From positions 32,001-96,000 of the IMG/VR virus record IMGVR_UViG_3300047160_009226: DNA of 64,000 bases. One strand, 5' to 3'. Positions 38,385 to 47,407 of this stretch are shown piece after piece. Each line of letters opens with the position of its first letter. Within the stretch, counting starts at the first letter, position 1. Origin of the DNA: a virus (taxonomy: Duplodnaviria; Caudoviricetes). The notes under the pieces were generated by a model. That model was not told where the DNA came from. It saw only the letters and a program-made list of their open reading frames with translations, and made no database searches. Position numbers and translations under genes: made by a program.

Positions 38385-39104
38385 TCAATAAGGCACTTCC
38401 TCATCAATGGGAGGAGGAGGTGCGTCAAAATCTTCTTCGAGAGCATCTGGATCATCACTCTCGTCTACTTCTCGTGGAACAACTCCCACATCCACATGTC
38501 CTCGTATATTTCCCTGGTTGCCATTATTCGCCGCTTGTGGTTGTGGGATTCCACCTTTACCATAAATCGCTGCTTCTGTCTCCATCGTTTTCTGTTGCAG
38601 TCGTACTCCAGAATCCAGTTTTCCAAGCTCATCACGTCTATGATCAATGATTCGAAGAAGTGCCTTGAATCTGATAATATCGCTCCTGGCTGTTTTGAGA
38701 TCTTCACTTAACTGAAACTGATTCGTCGGAGTCGATCTCAGAGCAAACTCTGCCTGATGATCACTGACATACCCTTGCTCCACCTGAGTCCAAATATATG
38801 AGTCTCTACTCTTGGCGTTTCTCATTCCAGTCGCATCGGGATCAAAATTTTGATACTCGACATGAGTCCTAAGCTGAACCTCTTCCTCAAGGTCATTGAG
38901 CCACACCTCAGACTCACAAAGAGCCATTTCTACTTTCTCAGACATTTCATTGACGATAGATTTAGCGTCGAGAATCTCAGTGATCTTCTCGGCAATGTAG
39001 CCAGGTCCCATCGTCGTTGGAGTTTTGGACAGATGGATCTTGAGTTTCTCATCAGAAGCCAACCTATCAACATACGCTTTATAATCGTCATCAGAGATCA
39101 TCAC
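38385..39104 (-). CDS. hypothetical coiled-coil protein (possibly recombination mediator-like)
   Basis: Helical 239-aa protein with an acidic tail, upstream of SSB/RuvC/RecA. Confidence 0.45.
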   Translation of the reverse strand: MMISDDDYKAYVDRLASDEKLKIHLSKTPTTMGPGYIAEKITEILDAKSIVNEMSEKVEMALCESEVWLNDLEEEVQLRTHVEYQNFDPDATGMRNAKSRDSYIWTQVEQGYVSDHQAEFALRSTPTNQFQLSEDLKTARSDIIRFKALLRIIDHRRDELGKLDSGVRLQQKTMETEAAIYGKGGIPQPQAANNGNQGNIRGHVDVGVVPREVDESDDPDALEEDFDAPPPPIDEEVPY

Positions 39105-39514
39105 GAATTTCCTTGATCAGAGGAAACTTCATTAGCATCAATATGTGTATCTTCCACCATCGATGGTGCCGGTGACGAAACATCCTCGTCTCGATATGAC
39201 ACTTTCCCGTTCATACTATCCTTCAGAAATTGGACCTTCTGCTTATACTTAACAAGAGCATGGCTGGCATTGGCTGGAAGTGTGACGCCCCTCATCTGAG
39301 CATCAGCCATGAGCATGACATGAATTTTCATTCGTAGCTCGAAACCGATGACCTCGGCTTCATTGGGATACCAACCAATCACTTCTGGATTAGGAACAAC
39401 TGTCAGTGTCACCTCTGATCCATCGGAAATCCCTGGTGCATCACGAGTCGGATCAGTCCAATGCTTAAAACTTCCCGTCACAGAGATCGAACTGACGTAA
39501 TACTCAGGCATCAT
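39101..39514 (-). CDS. hypothetical protein
   Basis: Coupled ORF. Confidence 0.6.
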   Translation of the reverse strand: MMPEYYVSSISVTGSFKHWTDPTRDAPGISDGSEVTLTVVPNPEVIGWYPNEAEVIGFELRMKIHVMLMADAQMRGVTLPANASHALVKYKQKVQFLKDSMNGKVSYRDEDVSSPAPSMVEDTHIDANEVSSDQGNS

Positions 39515-39963
39515 ATTTCATTTCTCTTTCGTTCTTGTAAGGCTGCTAGGGTCTGATCACGTTCATGATTCTTCAAAACATTACGATCGCGAATAGTATA
39601 CATCAAGTCTTGCGCCCGAATCAAGACTAATTCCTCAAACGAAAAATCAGCTCCAATCTCCGAGCGGACTACTTCGCCTAATTGTAGGCCAGCCAAAGCC
39701 GCGAAGATCACCACATCGCCCGGCTCCAGTTCAATAGGCTCCCGACCTCCAGTTAAATCCACATAACGTCCTGGTCCTGCCGCGATCACCACGCCAGCCC
39801 CGGCAAAACCTTGAGATGACTTTGAATCCCTCTTGTCTGGAAGAAGAATTCCTCCCGCAGTCTGTCTTAAATTAATTTTATACACGATAACGGCGTCATT
39901 TCGTGGAACAAGAGGACACTTGTCAATGACTCTTTTTATTATCTGCGGATCGAAATCAAGCAT
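39511..39963 (-). CDS. groES: GroES-like co-chaperonin
   Basis: [31 protein letters not shown]. Confidence 0.88.
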   Translation of the reverse strand: MLDFDPQIIKRVIDKCPLVPRNDAVIVYKINLRQTAGGILLPDKRDSKSSQGFAGAGVVIAAGPGRYVDLTGGREPIELEPGDVVIFAALAGLQLGEVVRSEIGADFSFEELVLIRAQDLMYTIRDRNVLKNHERDQTLAALQERKRNEI

Positions 39964-40756
39964 GAATTTTCACTCCAGTTGTCAACGTCCGCTCTATACT
40001 CCATCCACGACGAAGTCGAACCCTAATCACCTCAACAGGAATCCCTTTAATCTTCGACCATTCTGATCGCGTTCTTTTTTCACCATCATATTCCAGTAAT
40101 ACAGCAGTTGAAAGACTAGCTTCACGTATCTTCTGTTTTGTCTCTTCACTGTGTTTCTTTCCAATGTTTTTTCCGAGCATAGAGCTACTTCTCTTCTGCT
40201 TAGTTTCTTTACTAGGCTTCATTCCAAGATGAGCTTCTCGTATCTTCTGTTTATGTTCTTCACTGAGCTTTTTCCCGAGCTTAGCCTCACGCATTTTCTG
40301 CTTGCTCTCTTCGCTATGCTTCCTCCCGCGATTAGCCTCCGCTATCTTCTCTAATGATTCTTCCGACAGCCGTCCAGATGACGGTCTCAAATTAAATCCA
40401 AATCTCCGGTTTGCCGCCTTAAGTCGATTAATCCATTCATTTTCCAACATGGTCAAGACGTCGGAATTATAAACATACTCCAAGATTCCCCAAACAAAAG
40501 CCTGAGATCCATACTCATTCCATGCCATTTGAAGTCGACGGCAGCGATTTCTGTTTCTATTTAAATTTTTTCTGTGGTCTCCCCATCGTTGACGTAAATT
40601 AACCGTACTCCCAACATACACTCTCTCATCAACCAAACAACGAATCTGATAGATCCCCATCTTGGACTTCTGATCATCCCCCAAAACCCACATCCAGCCT
40701 TCAGGAGTAATGGTCTGACCATCTACGAATACCGTCGGTGCAAAACTTTCTCTCAT
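39956..40756 (-). mobile_element. free-standing GIY-YIG homing endonuclease with NUMOD3 repeats
   Basis: [29 protein letters not shown] repeats. Confidence 0.88.
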
Positions 40757-40788
40757 AGGATCCTATACCCCGCTGACCCTGGAAAAAA

Positions 40789-41232
40789 TCACTCGGCCAT
40801 GACTAATTGCTCAGCCGGTACCATTGCGATCAACCTCCTAACCCCCCTATCTCCTTTCACCTCCACCAGAACCGGCTGGTGCCCGAATGGAGCGTTCAAT
40901 GCACCGAAAGTATCCTGCGTAGCCTGATAAATTTGAGACGGCTCTAGGATTACAGTGGTTGCTCCTGCTTTAACTTGCACTCTCTCTGTCGGTCGGACTC
41001 TAGTGCCCTTGACAAAAGGATGATCATCAGCAGGTTGCAGTCGAACTAAAAGTGCAATTCCATAGAGTGTGCCACAAACAGTGCACTGAACCTCAGAACG
41101 ATTATCACCTTGAACGATATGAGACTTACGACAACACGAAAACCGAAGTGTCCCAGAAAAGGACACTTCAGTAATTTCAGGCGGCTCTGTAAATTGATCG
41201 TTAGGGTCCTTCTCCTGCATGACCCCTCCCAA
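40789..41232 (-). CDS. hypothetical protein with a possible zinc ribbon
   Basis: SCC and CTVC. Confidence 0.55.
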   Translation of the reverse strand: MGGVMQEKDPNDQFTEPPEITEVSFSGTLRFSCCRKSHIVQGDNRSEVQCTVCGTLYGIALLVRLQPADDHPFVKGTRVRPTERVQVKAGATTVILEPSQIYQATQDTFGALNAPFGHQPVLVEVKGDRGVRRLIAMVPAEQLVMAE

Positions 41233-41235
41233 TGA

Positions 41236-41580
41236 CTATTTTGGACTAAAAGAAGGCTCCTTCTCCGTCACCAACGCAAAAGTCGGCAAGTAGTCTGGAT
41301 CAGTAAGCATATATGTGTCATTCACATGGAAATACTCGTCCTCACCATCAGCCCGAATCCCGGTCGCCTGAACCTCAAACAACCCGGCCTTAGCAATCAG
41401 CTCGATCCCTGGCCCTAAAATAGGAGCAATCTTCCATTGAAGCTCCTTAATCTTTTCCCAAATTGAAGCCTTTTGATCCCAATCCTCGACTGACTTCTTC
41501 TGATTCCAGAGCTCCGCAAGATGCTCAAGCGCCTGAACCATCTCCTCATTGAAGAGAACAGGCTGAGTCGAATTCGACAT
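41236..41580 (-). CDS. hypothetical protein, paralog of 42018-42446
   Basis: MSNSTQPVLFNEEMVQALEHL..IWEKI..IAPILGP aligns by eye with MSDSIRPVALQEKMVRSLEYL..LWEKI..VIPILSP. Confidence 0.7.
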   Translation of the reverse strand: MSNSTQPVLFNEEMVQALEHLAELWNQKKSVEDWDQKASIWEKIKELQWKIAPILGPGIELIAKAGLFEVQATGIRADGEDEYFHVNDTYMLTDPDYLPTFALVTEKEPSFSPK

Positions 41581-41629
41581 GATCTCTCTCCTAAAAATTG
41601 AAATCGGAGGAACCCCTCCCCCTTAAATG

Positions 41630-41658
41630 ACTATACTCTGACCTCAGCCCGCTTTCGC
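41630..41658 (-). promoter_or_regulatory. phage promoter motif (GCGAAA-N17-TATAGT)
   Basis: Shared motif, upstream of the 41580 start. Confidence 0.55.
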
Positions 41659-41674
41659 CTGAAAATCCATTTTT

Positions 41675-41884
41675 TTAAAATTTTGATGGCTTGAGTCGTT
41701 TCACCGCAGCCCTCTGACTTGCAATCATCTCACGAGTCCTGGCCAGTTCTTCGGCCCATTGACCAGTGTTCGCCAGTGTCAACTTTCCACTTCCACCAAC
41801 TTCCTCAAGCAGAAACCGCTCGGTTTCCTCCAGGATTTCGAGTGACTCTTCTGCTTTTGTAAGTTCATCATCTGGCGTACCCAT
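41675..41884 (-). CDS. hypothetical protein
   Basis: Start MGTPDD after an RBS; the track start 41926 lies inside the tRNA. Confidence 0.55.
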   Translation of the reverse strand: MGTPDDELTKAEESLEILEETERFLLEEVGGSGKLTLANTGQWAEELARTREMIASQRAAVKRLKPSKF

Positions 41885-41901
41885 CAAGGAACCTCCCCCG
41901 A

Positions 41902-41984
41902 TACGGACGGTGGGATTCGAACCCACATAGGATCACTCCCGAGGGATTTTAAGTCCCTTGCGTATACCATTCCGCCACGCCCGC
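41902..41984 (-). tRNA. tRNA-Leu (UAA), CCA not encoded
   Basis: GCGGGCG acceptor, TGGCGGAATGGTATACG D-arm, AGGGA-CTTAAAA-TCCCT anticodon arm, long variable arm, GTTCGAATCC T-loop. Confidence 0.95.
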
Positions 41985-42000
41985 TACTGCCCATGAATTG

Positions 42001-42027
42001 AGTCCACCGGCTGCAGTTCACGGATGA
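42001..42027. repeat. 27-bp direct repeat, copy 1
   Basis: AGTCCACCGGCTGCAGTTCACgGATGA; matches 42540-42566 with 1 mismatch. Confidence 0.9.
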
Positions 42028-42446
42028 GTAGAAACAACAAAAGGATCGGTGATATTGTCTGAAGGTTCGTCACCGTCATCACCGTCATTCCCGTGGTCTC
42101 CCCCATCATACTCCTGATCCCCGTTTTTGCTCACCAACGTAATATTGGCCAGCACATCAGGATCGCAATCATCGACCCACAGATGGTGAACAGGACCGAA
42201 CAGCGGCGTCTCCAAACCAAGTTGATGCGTCAACAAACCAGTTTGAATCATCCACTCGATCCAGGGCGACAAAATAGGGATGACCTGGAGTCGAATCTCA
42301 TCAATCTTCTCCCACAAAGGATCTGAATTGCGGTCAGCGTCCAACCGACCATGACGTTTCACGTACTCATCCTGAAGTTCCTTGAGATACTCAAGACTCC
42401 GAACCATCTTCTCCTGAAGGGCGACGGGACGAATCGAATCTGACAT
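42018..42446 (-). CDS. hypothetical protein, paralog of 41236-41580
   Basis: See paralog; acidic tail (track start 42479). Confidence 0.7.
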   Translation of the reverse strand: MSDSIRPVALQEKMVRSLEYLKELQDEYVKRHGRLDADRNSDPLWEKIDEIRLQVIPILSPWIEWMIQTGLLTHQLGLETPLFGPVHHLWVDDCDPDVLANITLVSKNGDQEYDGGDHGNDGDDGDEPSDNITDPFVVSTHP

Positions 42447-42490
42447 CATCATCTCTCCGGTAAAAGTGAACTTTCTCAACCTCTCAATTC

Positions 42491-42519
42491 ACTATACTCG
42501 ACTCAACCCTGAATTTCTC
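42491..42519 (-). promoter_or_regulatory. phage promoter motif (GAGAAA-N17-TATAGT)
   Basis: Exact consensus. Confidence 0.7.
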
Positions 42520-42537
42520 ATCGATTCTCAGGAACAC

Positions 42538-42873
42538 TCAGTCCACCGGCTGCAGTTCACAGATGATCGGATAATCAACTCGCTTCCCAGTCCAAAAGTC
42601 CGGTCCACCGTTGCGAAGTTGTTCTATCTTGAGTTCCCCTAACTCCTTAGTGCCATTCCAGACAATAGTCCGACCTTCGTTGTGAATGCACACTGCCAAC
42701 TTCACGCTCTTGTCCAACGGATAACTAAAGACCTTCATGAACAGTTCAACGACATACTCAAAGGTATGGTCATCGTCATTGAAGACCACAATGATATGCA
42801 TCGGATGTAACTTAGGTCGTTGCTCCGTTTCCTCAACCTCATCCAGTTCCGGTAAAGCAACGGCCTTGCTCAT
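42538..42873 (-). CDS. clpS: ClpS N-degron adaptor
   Basis: IVVFNDDDHTFEYVVELFMKVF..AVCIHNEGRTIV. Confidence 0.9.
   Translation of the reverse strand: MSKAVALPELDEVEETEQRPKLHPMHIIVVFNDDDHTFEYVVELFMKVFSYPLDKSVKLAVCIHNEGRTIVWNGTKELGELKIEQLRNGGPDFWTGKRVDYPIICELQPVD
42540..42566. repeat. 27-bp direct repeat, copy 2 (3' end of clpS)
   Basis: Encodes ICELQPVD* of ClpS. Confidence 0.9.
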
Positions 42874-43625
42874 TTGAACTCCCCTTGATTGAGCTTGGTC
42901 TGATGATAGGTGCGACTTTCATTCTCGCCCACATCCTGACCTTTGAAGTAATCCTTCTGCCATTGCCGCTTACGCACATCCGGATCAGCCCACAAGAGCC
43001 CTTGAATGAACTGCATCCGAGACTGAGACCAGGCGGTATAACGTTCATGCAATACCGGGTCCTGAATCATACCACGCACCTCTGGTTTCAGCATCTCAGT
43101 AAGATAACGTGGTATCGGAATGACTCGGCAAATCGGTTCACCAGCAGCGAACCTCACCCAACAATATGGACGGGTGAAGATCCAATTCATGGTAAACTTG
43201 GCCGACGACCAGTCCGTCTCTACCACGCCTTCCAACGGATAGACCGCATCTTTTGGACTGTTCGGTGTACCCTTGGCCCATAAGTTAATACCACCAGGTG
43301 TTCGAAACAGATACGGAATGTGGAAAGTGATAACGCCATTGCCGAATTCGTTAGTTACTATCGGAGTCCCATATTGTGCCATTCGAATAACAACATCGCC
43401 CACCCCAACACCACCAGTCCAGTACGCCCAGAACTCTACTGGATTGAGTACATCCCAGCCCAACTGATTAGCAATAGTAAGAGGCAAGCAACGATATGCA
43501 AACTGATTAGCAGTGCAGTCCATCCAGTCACGCTCACGCTGTCCGCGTCTCAGCGGAGCCAAATCAATCATAATAGGATACGCAACGAACTCACCCGATT
43601 TGATCACTAGTTCGTTCGGAATCAT
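42870..43625 (-). CDS. DUF6065 family protein (paralog 2)
   Basis: RDWMD..YRCLPLTIANQLGWDV, GTPNSPKDAVYPLEGVVETDW, FTMNW, WQKDYF. Confidence 0.75.
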   Translation of the reverse strand: MIPNELVIKSGEFVAYPIMIDLAPLRRGQRERDWMDCTANQFAYRCLPLTIANQLGWDVLNPVEFWAYWTGGVGVGDVVIRMAQYGTPIVTNEFGNGVITFHIPYLFRTPGGINLWAKGTPNSPKDAVYPLEGVVETDWSSAKFTMNWIFTRPYCWVRFAAGEPICRVIPIPRYLTEMLKPEVRGMIQDPVLHERYTAWSQSRMQFIQGLLWADPDVRKRQWQKDYFKGQDVGENESRTYHQTKLNQGEFK

Positions 43626-43972
43626 AATCGCCTCGAATCAGGATCCCCCGGATCGCCATTATACGTCCAAAGACGCCCTCCCATCGGTCCCAAAATCTGA
43701 TAACCTTTCCTAGCAAATTCCAAATCATCCCGCCTCATCTGTGCTTCCTTCCGTGCTCGCTCTATACCCCGACACCAAGCGCACAATGATTGTCGCTTCG
43801 GATCGATTCCATCCCCACAAACCGCACACTGACCTGACTTCCGTTTGATAGCGGCAGCCCGCCGTGCCACATCCAGATACGCCAGGTGCTCTGGACTTGG
43901 CCGATTCCCCCTACTGACCTCACGCCTCAGTTCTGCCTGCATCTCAGCCAGATCTGACTTCATGAGTGTCAC
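43622..43972 (-). CDS. hypothetical protein with a CxxC...CxxC zinc finger
   Basis: CAVC..CAWC. Confidence 0.55.
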   Translation of the reverse strand: MTLMKSDLAEMQAELRREVSRGNRPSPEHLAYLDVARRAAAIKRKSGQCAVCGDGIDPKRQSLCAWCRGIERARKEAQMRRDDLEFARKGYQILGPMGGRLWTYNGDPGDPDSRRL

Positions 43973-44271
43973 CTGATAAATGCTGGTCGTTCCTGAATGA
44001 TGCTATCGTCCAGACTGGATGAATTATATAACATTCTGTCAATACCACCCTGATTCACCCCATCCGCTATTGTACTCAAATGGCAGTCGAAAACCTCCAG
44101 TTTCGTAACCCGCAAATTGTAAGTTTCGACTAGCGTTTGAGCATGACGAAACGAGTCCTTGATGGCATCTCGATCTGACTTTGCAAGAAAGTAAGTCGGA
44201 AGAATAGACTTGCCCAGAAGATCTGGTATGATCCACATCTGCACCATGTAACACTGCACTGAAGTTTCCAT
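43969..44271 (-). CDS. hypothetical protein
   Basis: Coupled ORF. Confidence 0.5.
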   Translation of the reverse strand: METSVQCYMVQMWIIPDLLGKSILPTYFLAKSDRDAIKDSFRHAQTLVETYNLRVTKLEVFDCHLSTIADGVNQGGIDRMLYNSSSLDDSIIQERPAFIR

Positions 44272-44332
44272 CGGCAGTTCCCACCCCTAAGAGAAAAATG
44301 GTGCGGACTCTTTCGAGCCCGCACCTTTATGA

Positions 44333-45691
44333 TCATAGATCTTTCAACGGCAGGTTCATACCCCACGGTTGATGCTGTTTCGGACCCCAAAGAGCCCACA
44401 ACACCGGATATGCAGGAGCCGCATCAGGTCGATCACCACCACACTTCCCATCGGTGAAATAGACCAGACACGACGGTGGATCAGACAGATTGTTGTCTAC
44501 CCACTCAAATGGTGGTTTGAAACTAGTGCCCCCACCACCACGAGTCGCCCACACCACTTCCTGGTTAACGTCATACACGTCGACATTGCCTCGAATCGAG
44601 TCATCACAGAAAATCAACGTCAACGTATGATCACCCAATTGCTTCCTAATCAGTTCGACATTGGATGCAAACAGATTGAGCCCTTCCTTCTTGATCGACC
44701 CTGATGTATCGACCACAATCACAATATTGATCGTAGACGACTTCAAACCAGGAACGATCAGACCGCGACTCAGATACGATCGGTTAGGTCGACCATAAGA
44801 ATAATCAGCCATCGCATTCATAACGATGAACTGAGTCAAGATCGACCAGTCATCCTTGACCTGATCAGCCTGTGGTGTTGCAGTCCGCTGAGCAGTACCT
44901 GTCCCCTTACCAGCCTCTTCTCCACTTCCACTACTACCTTCCTCAGCAGCCTTGAGATCGCGTCTGATGGCGATCTGAATCTTCTTCGGATTCATTGGTT
45001 TAGGAGCTTCACCTGCATCCTTGGCTTCCTGCGAAATCTCAACTGGACCACCATTGCCATTGACTACCAGGACCCAGTTGCCATCTTCGTCCACCATTGC
45101 ACCTTCCGGTGCATCTGCAGGATCTCCTGTACCACGGAAGATGTGAACATCGAAGTTCTGTGGCTTCCCGTTAGCCTTATCATACGGATTGTTGAGCAAG
45201 AATTCATAAATCTGTTCCATGCTCATGTTGTAGAATCGCTTATCATAGATACCGCGATTCTTACCCGTCGGAAACTTCATCTTCCGATAGGCCTTTTTTC
45301 GGACCAGTGGAACCAAGATCTGATGAATCGCATAGTCAGCAGCCAGATTCAATCGGCGAAGAACCTTCCTGAGTGCTGATCCCTCCAACCCCTTCTGATA
45401 GCGAGCCCCTCTCCAGATATGACCGTTCGCCACATGAAAGACTTCATGCGCCAATAGAAACAAAAGCTCCCGATCAGACAAACTAGCCGTAAATTCGGGA
45501 TTCCAGTAGAGCTTCACCCCATCGACTGCAGCGGTGGCACACCAGCCGCGAGTCATCGTGAGATGCAGACGAGCCGCATGGTGATGCCAATATGGAAACA
45601 CCCCTTCCAATGCCTCTATTGCCTCATGCCACCGATCCTCTTGGATCAGCATCTCAGCGTCATCGAGTAAAACCTCCGAACCCACCGACAT
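44333..45691 (-). CDS. DUF2201-type metallopeptidase + vWA domain protein
   Basis: TAAVDG, LLAHEVFH (HExxH), NLAAD, VVVDTSGSI MIDAS, GGGGTSF, YFTDG; start MSVGSE after GGAGG (track 45742 lies in the promoter). Confidence 0.85.
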   Translation of the reverse strand: MSVGSEVLLDDAEMLIQEDRWHEAIEALEGVFPYWHHHAARLHLTMTRGWCATAAVDGVKLYWNPEFTASLSDRELLFLLAHEVFHVANGHIWRGARYQKGLEGSALRKVLRRLNLAADYAIHQILVPLVRKKAYRKMKFPTGKNRGIYDKRFYNMSMEQIYEFLLNNPYDKANGKPQNFDVHIFRGTGDPADAPEGAMVDEDGNWVLVVNGNGGPVEISQEAKDAGEAPKPMNPKKIQIAIRRDLKAAEEGSSGSGEEAGKGTGTAQRTATPQADQVKDDWSILTQFIVMNAMADYSYGRPNRSYLSRGLIVPGLKSSTINIVIVVDTSGSIKKEGLNLFASNVELIRKQLGDHTLTLIFCDDSIRGNVDVYDVNQEVVWATRGGGGTSFKPPFEWVDNNLSDPPSCLVYFTDGKCGGDRPDAAPAYPVLWALWGPKQHQPWGMNLPLKDL

Positions 45692-45724
45692 CTGCACCTC
45701 CCTCGAAAGAACAACCGACATGAT

Positions 45725-45753
45725 ACTATACTCGTGCCTCACAAAAATTTCTC
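45725..45753 (-). promoter_or_regulatory. phage promoter motif (GAGAAA-N17-TATAGT)
   Basis: Exact consensus. Confidence 0.7.
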
Positions 45754-45795
45754 CACTCGGTAAATAAATTTCTCCATCTACCGAGTGGATTAAGA

Positions 45796-47334
45796 TCAGA
45801 ACGGCGCGATATCAGAAGTCATCCCGGTGTACGATGGGATCGTTTGTAACAATTCATCCCCGAACCTTTCACCCAAAGCACGAAGACCCAACTCACGATA
45901 TTCGCCATTGAGCTTCGAATTTTTCATCCAAAAGATCACATTTTCCAAGATCTCAGGATCGTCAGTACAGTTAGCAACCACGGCAATAATGACCGTCTGT
46001 GCCCGATTAGGATCGGTTTCGACGTAATTCTTTGCCTGTCCATTCAGAATACTGTCAACAGACTGGATCATCCTGTCGTATCCCTCACAGTGCTTAATGA
46101 ATTCCCTTGCAGCAGCCGTGCCCACCAGTGACGCGATGCCGACACCCTGGTCCACCGGGCTCAAATCCGAATTTAACACCAAATTACATGAAGCCCAAGA
46201 CCGTGGCGAAGGCCAAGCTTCACCGGAAGTCGTAGGCAACATCTTATGGAGGAAATCTTCACTGCGAAGCGTCAAGAACGAGATAATCCGAGGATCAATT
46301 CCTCGCGACAGTGCCCAATTTCTCCAAGCCTTAATAGTTGCCTTAACCGTCAAGTGAGCCAGACGATTCGCAAGTGGTGAGGGCATCTGATACGCTACAC
46401 CACGATCAGTAACACGATTACCAGCACAGACGATGATGCAATCTTTAGGAAGTGGAGTCGACCCGATCATCCGATTAAGTGTGATCTTATAGGCAAGCGC
46501 CTGAATCGACTGTGGAGCCGTCGTGATCTCGTCGAGGAACAGAACACAGTTCGGCCCCTTCGGAATCATGTCAAGAGGCAAAAACTTAGTAACCTGCTCG
46601 TTAAAGTCAGGTACTCCAACCCCTTGCATCAAAGTGGGATCCATGCTCGAAAGACGCCAGTCGAAGATTTCCTTCCCTCGCTCATGCGCCCAATCCTGTA
46701 CCGCATCAGACTTGCCCACTCCAGCCGGACCCCAAATCATTATAGGCTTCACCATACCAAACTTATCGAGAAATAACTCGATCTTGTCAACCGACACAAC
46801 CGGAGATCCATCAGCAGGGGATTCAGCCAACCCAGTCACAGAAGGAGTGACTTTCTTCTGCGCTTTAACAACCTGCTTCGATGCAATCTTCGGAGCCATC
46901 GGAGCATCTAAAACCGCCGTACCACCACCTGAACCACCAAAACTGCCACCGTTTCCAAACACGTTTCTGTTTCCCTTGTTCACCCCCCTTGACACTCCAA
47001 CGCCAGGACGGATCGCCGAGATCACGCCAGCAGGAAGAGCATCACCCTGGATTGACTGAATTTCATATTCACCAGATTTGTGTTTCGCTGTTTGCGGACC
47101 GTAAACCCGAACCGGAAAACGCAAAAATGTATTATGCGTCCGATCGAGTAAACTGGCCGGACAGTAATACCGTGTCCCCAGAAACGACTTCCGAATGAGC
47201 TGCCCTTCTGGATCGACCATACCGGTGCCATCCAGGAAGTTCCCGGCAGACTGTGACGATCCGTCCCGCACGACCAAGAACCAGTAATTGTGCTTCACAT
47301 GCGACGGATCTGTAACTTTCGCGATCTGCGGCAT
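45796..47334 (-). CDS. MoxR-type AAA+ ATPase with an extra N-terminal domain
   Basis: WGPAGVGKS, LFLDEIT, CAGNR, LANRL, SPRSW. Confidence 0.85.
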   Translation of the reverse strand: MPQIAKVTDPSHVKHNYWFLVVRDGSSQSAGNFLDGTGMVDPEGQLIRKSFLGTRYYCPASLLDRTHNTFLRFPVRVYGPQTAKHKSGEYEIQSIQGDALPAGVISAIRPGVGVSRGVNKGNRNVFGNGGSFGGSGGGTAVLDAPMAPKIASKQVVKAQKKVTPSVTGLAESPADGSPVVSVDKIELFLDKFGMVKPIMIWGPAGVGKSDAVQDWAHERGKEIFDWRLSSMDPTLMQGVGVPDFNEQVTKFLPLDMIPKGPNCVLFLDEITTAPQSIQALAYKITLNRMIGSTPLPKDCIIVCAGNRVTDRGVAYQMPSPLANRLAHLTVKATIKAWRNWALSRGIDPRIISFLTLRSEDFLHKMLPTTSGEAWPSPRSWASCNLVLNSDLSPVDQGVGIASLVGTAAAREFIKHCEGYDRMIQSVDSILNGQAKNYVETDPNRAQTVIIAVVANCTDDPEILENVIFWMKNSKLNGEYRELGLRALGERFGDELLQTIPSYTGMTSDIAPF

Positions 47335-47371
47335 TTTCTTCTCCGGTGTTGATTACCACGACCAACACCTT

Positions 47372-47400
47372 ACTATACTTAGCCCGCAGAAAATTTTCCC
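47372..47400 (-). promoter_or_regulatory. phage promoter motif (GGGAAA-N17-TATAGT)
   Basis: One mismatch to consensus. Confidence 0.65.
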
Positions 47401-47407
47401 ATCAATT

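Noticed and set aside
41885-41926. N-terminal extension of ORF 41675-41926
   Set aside because: It overlaps the tRNA-Leu gene; the start was moved to 41884
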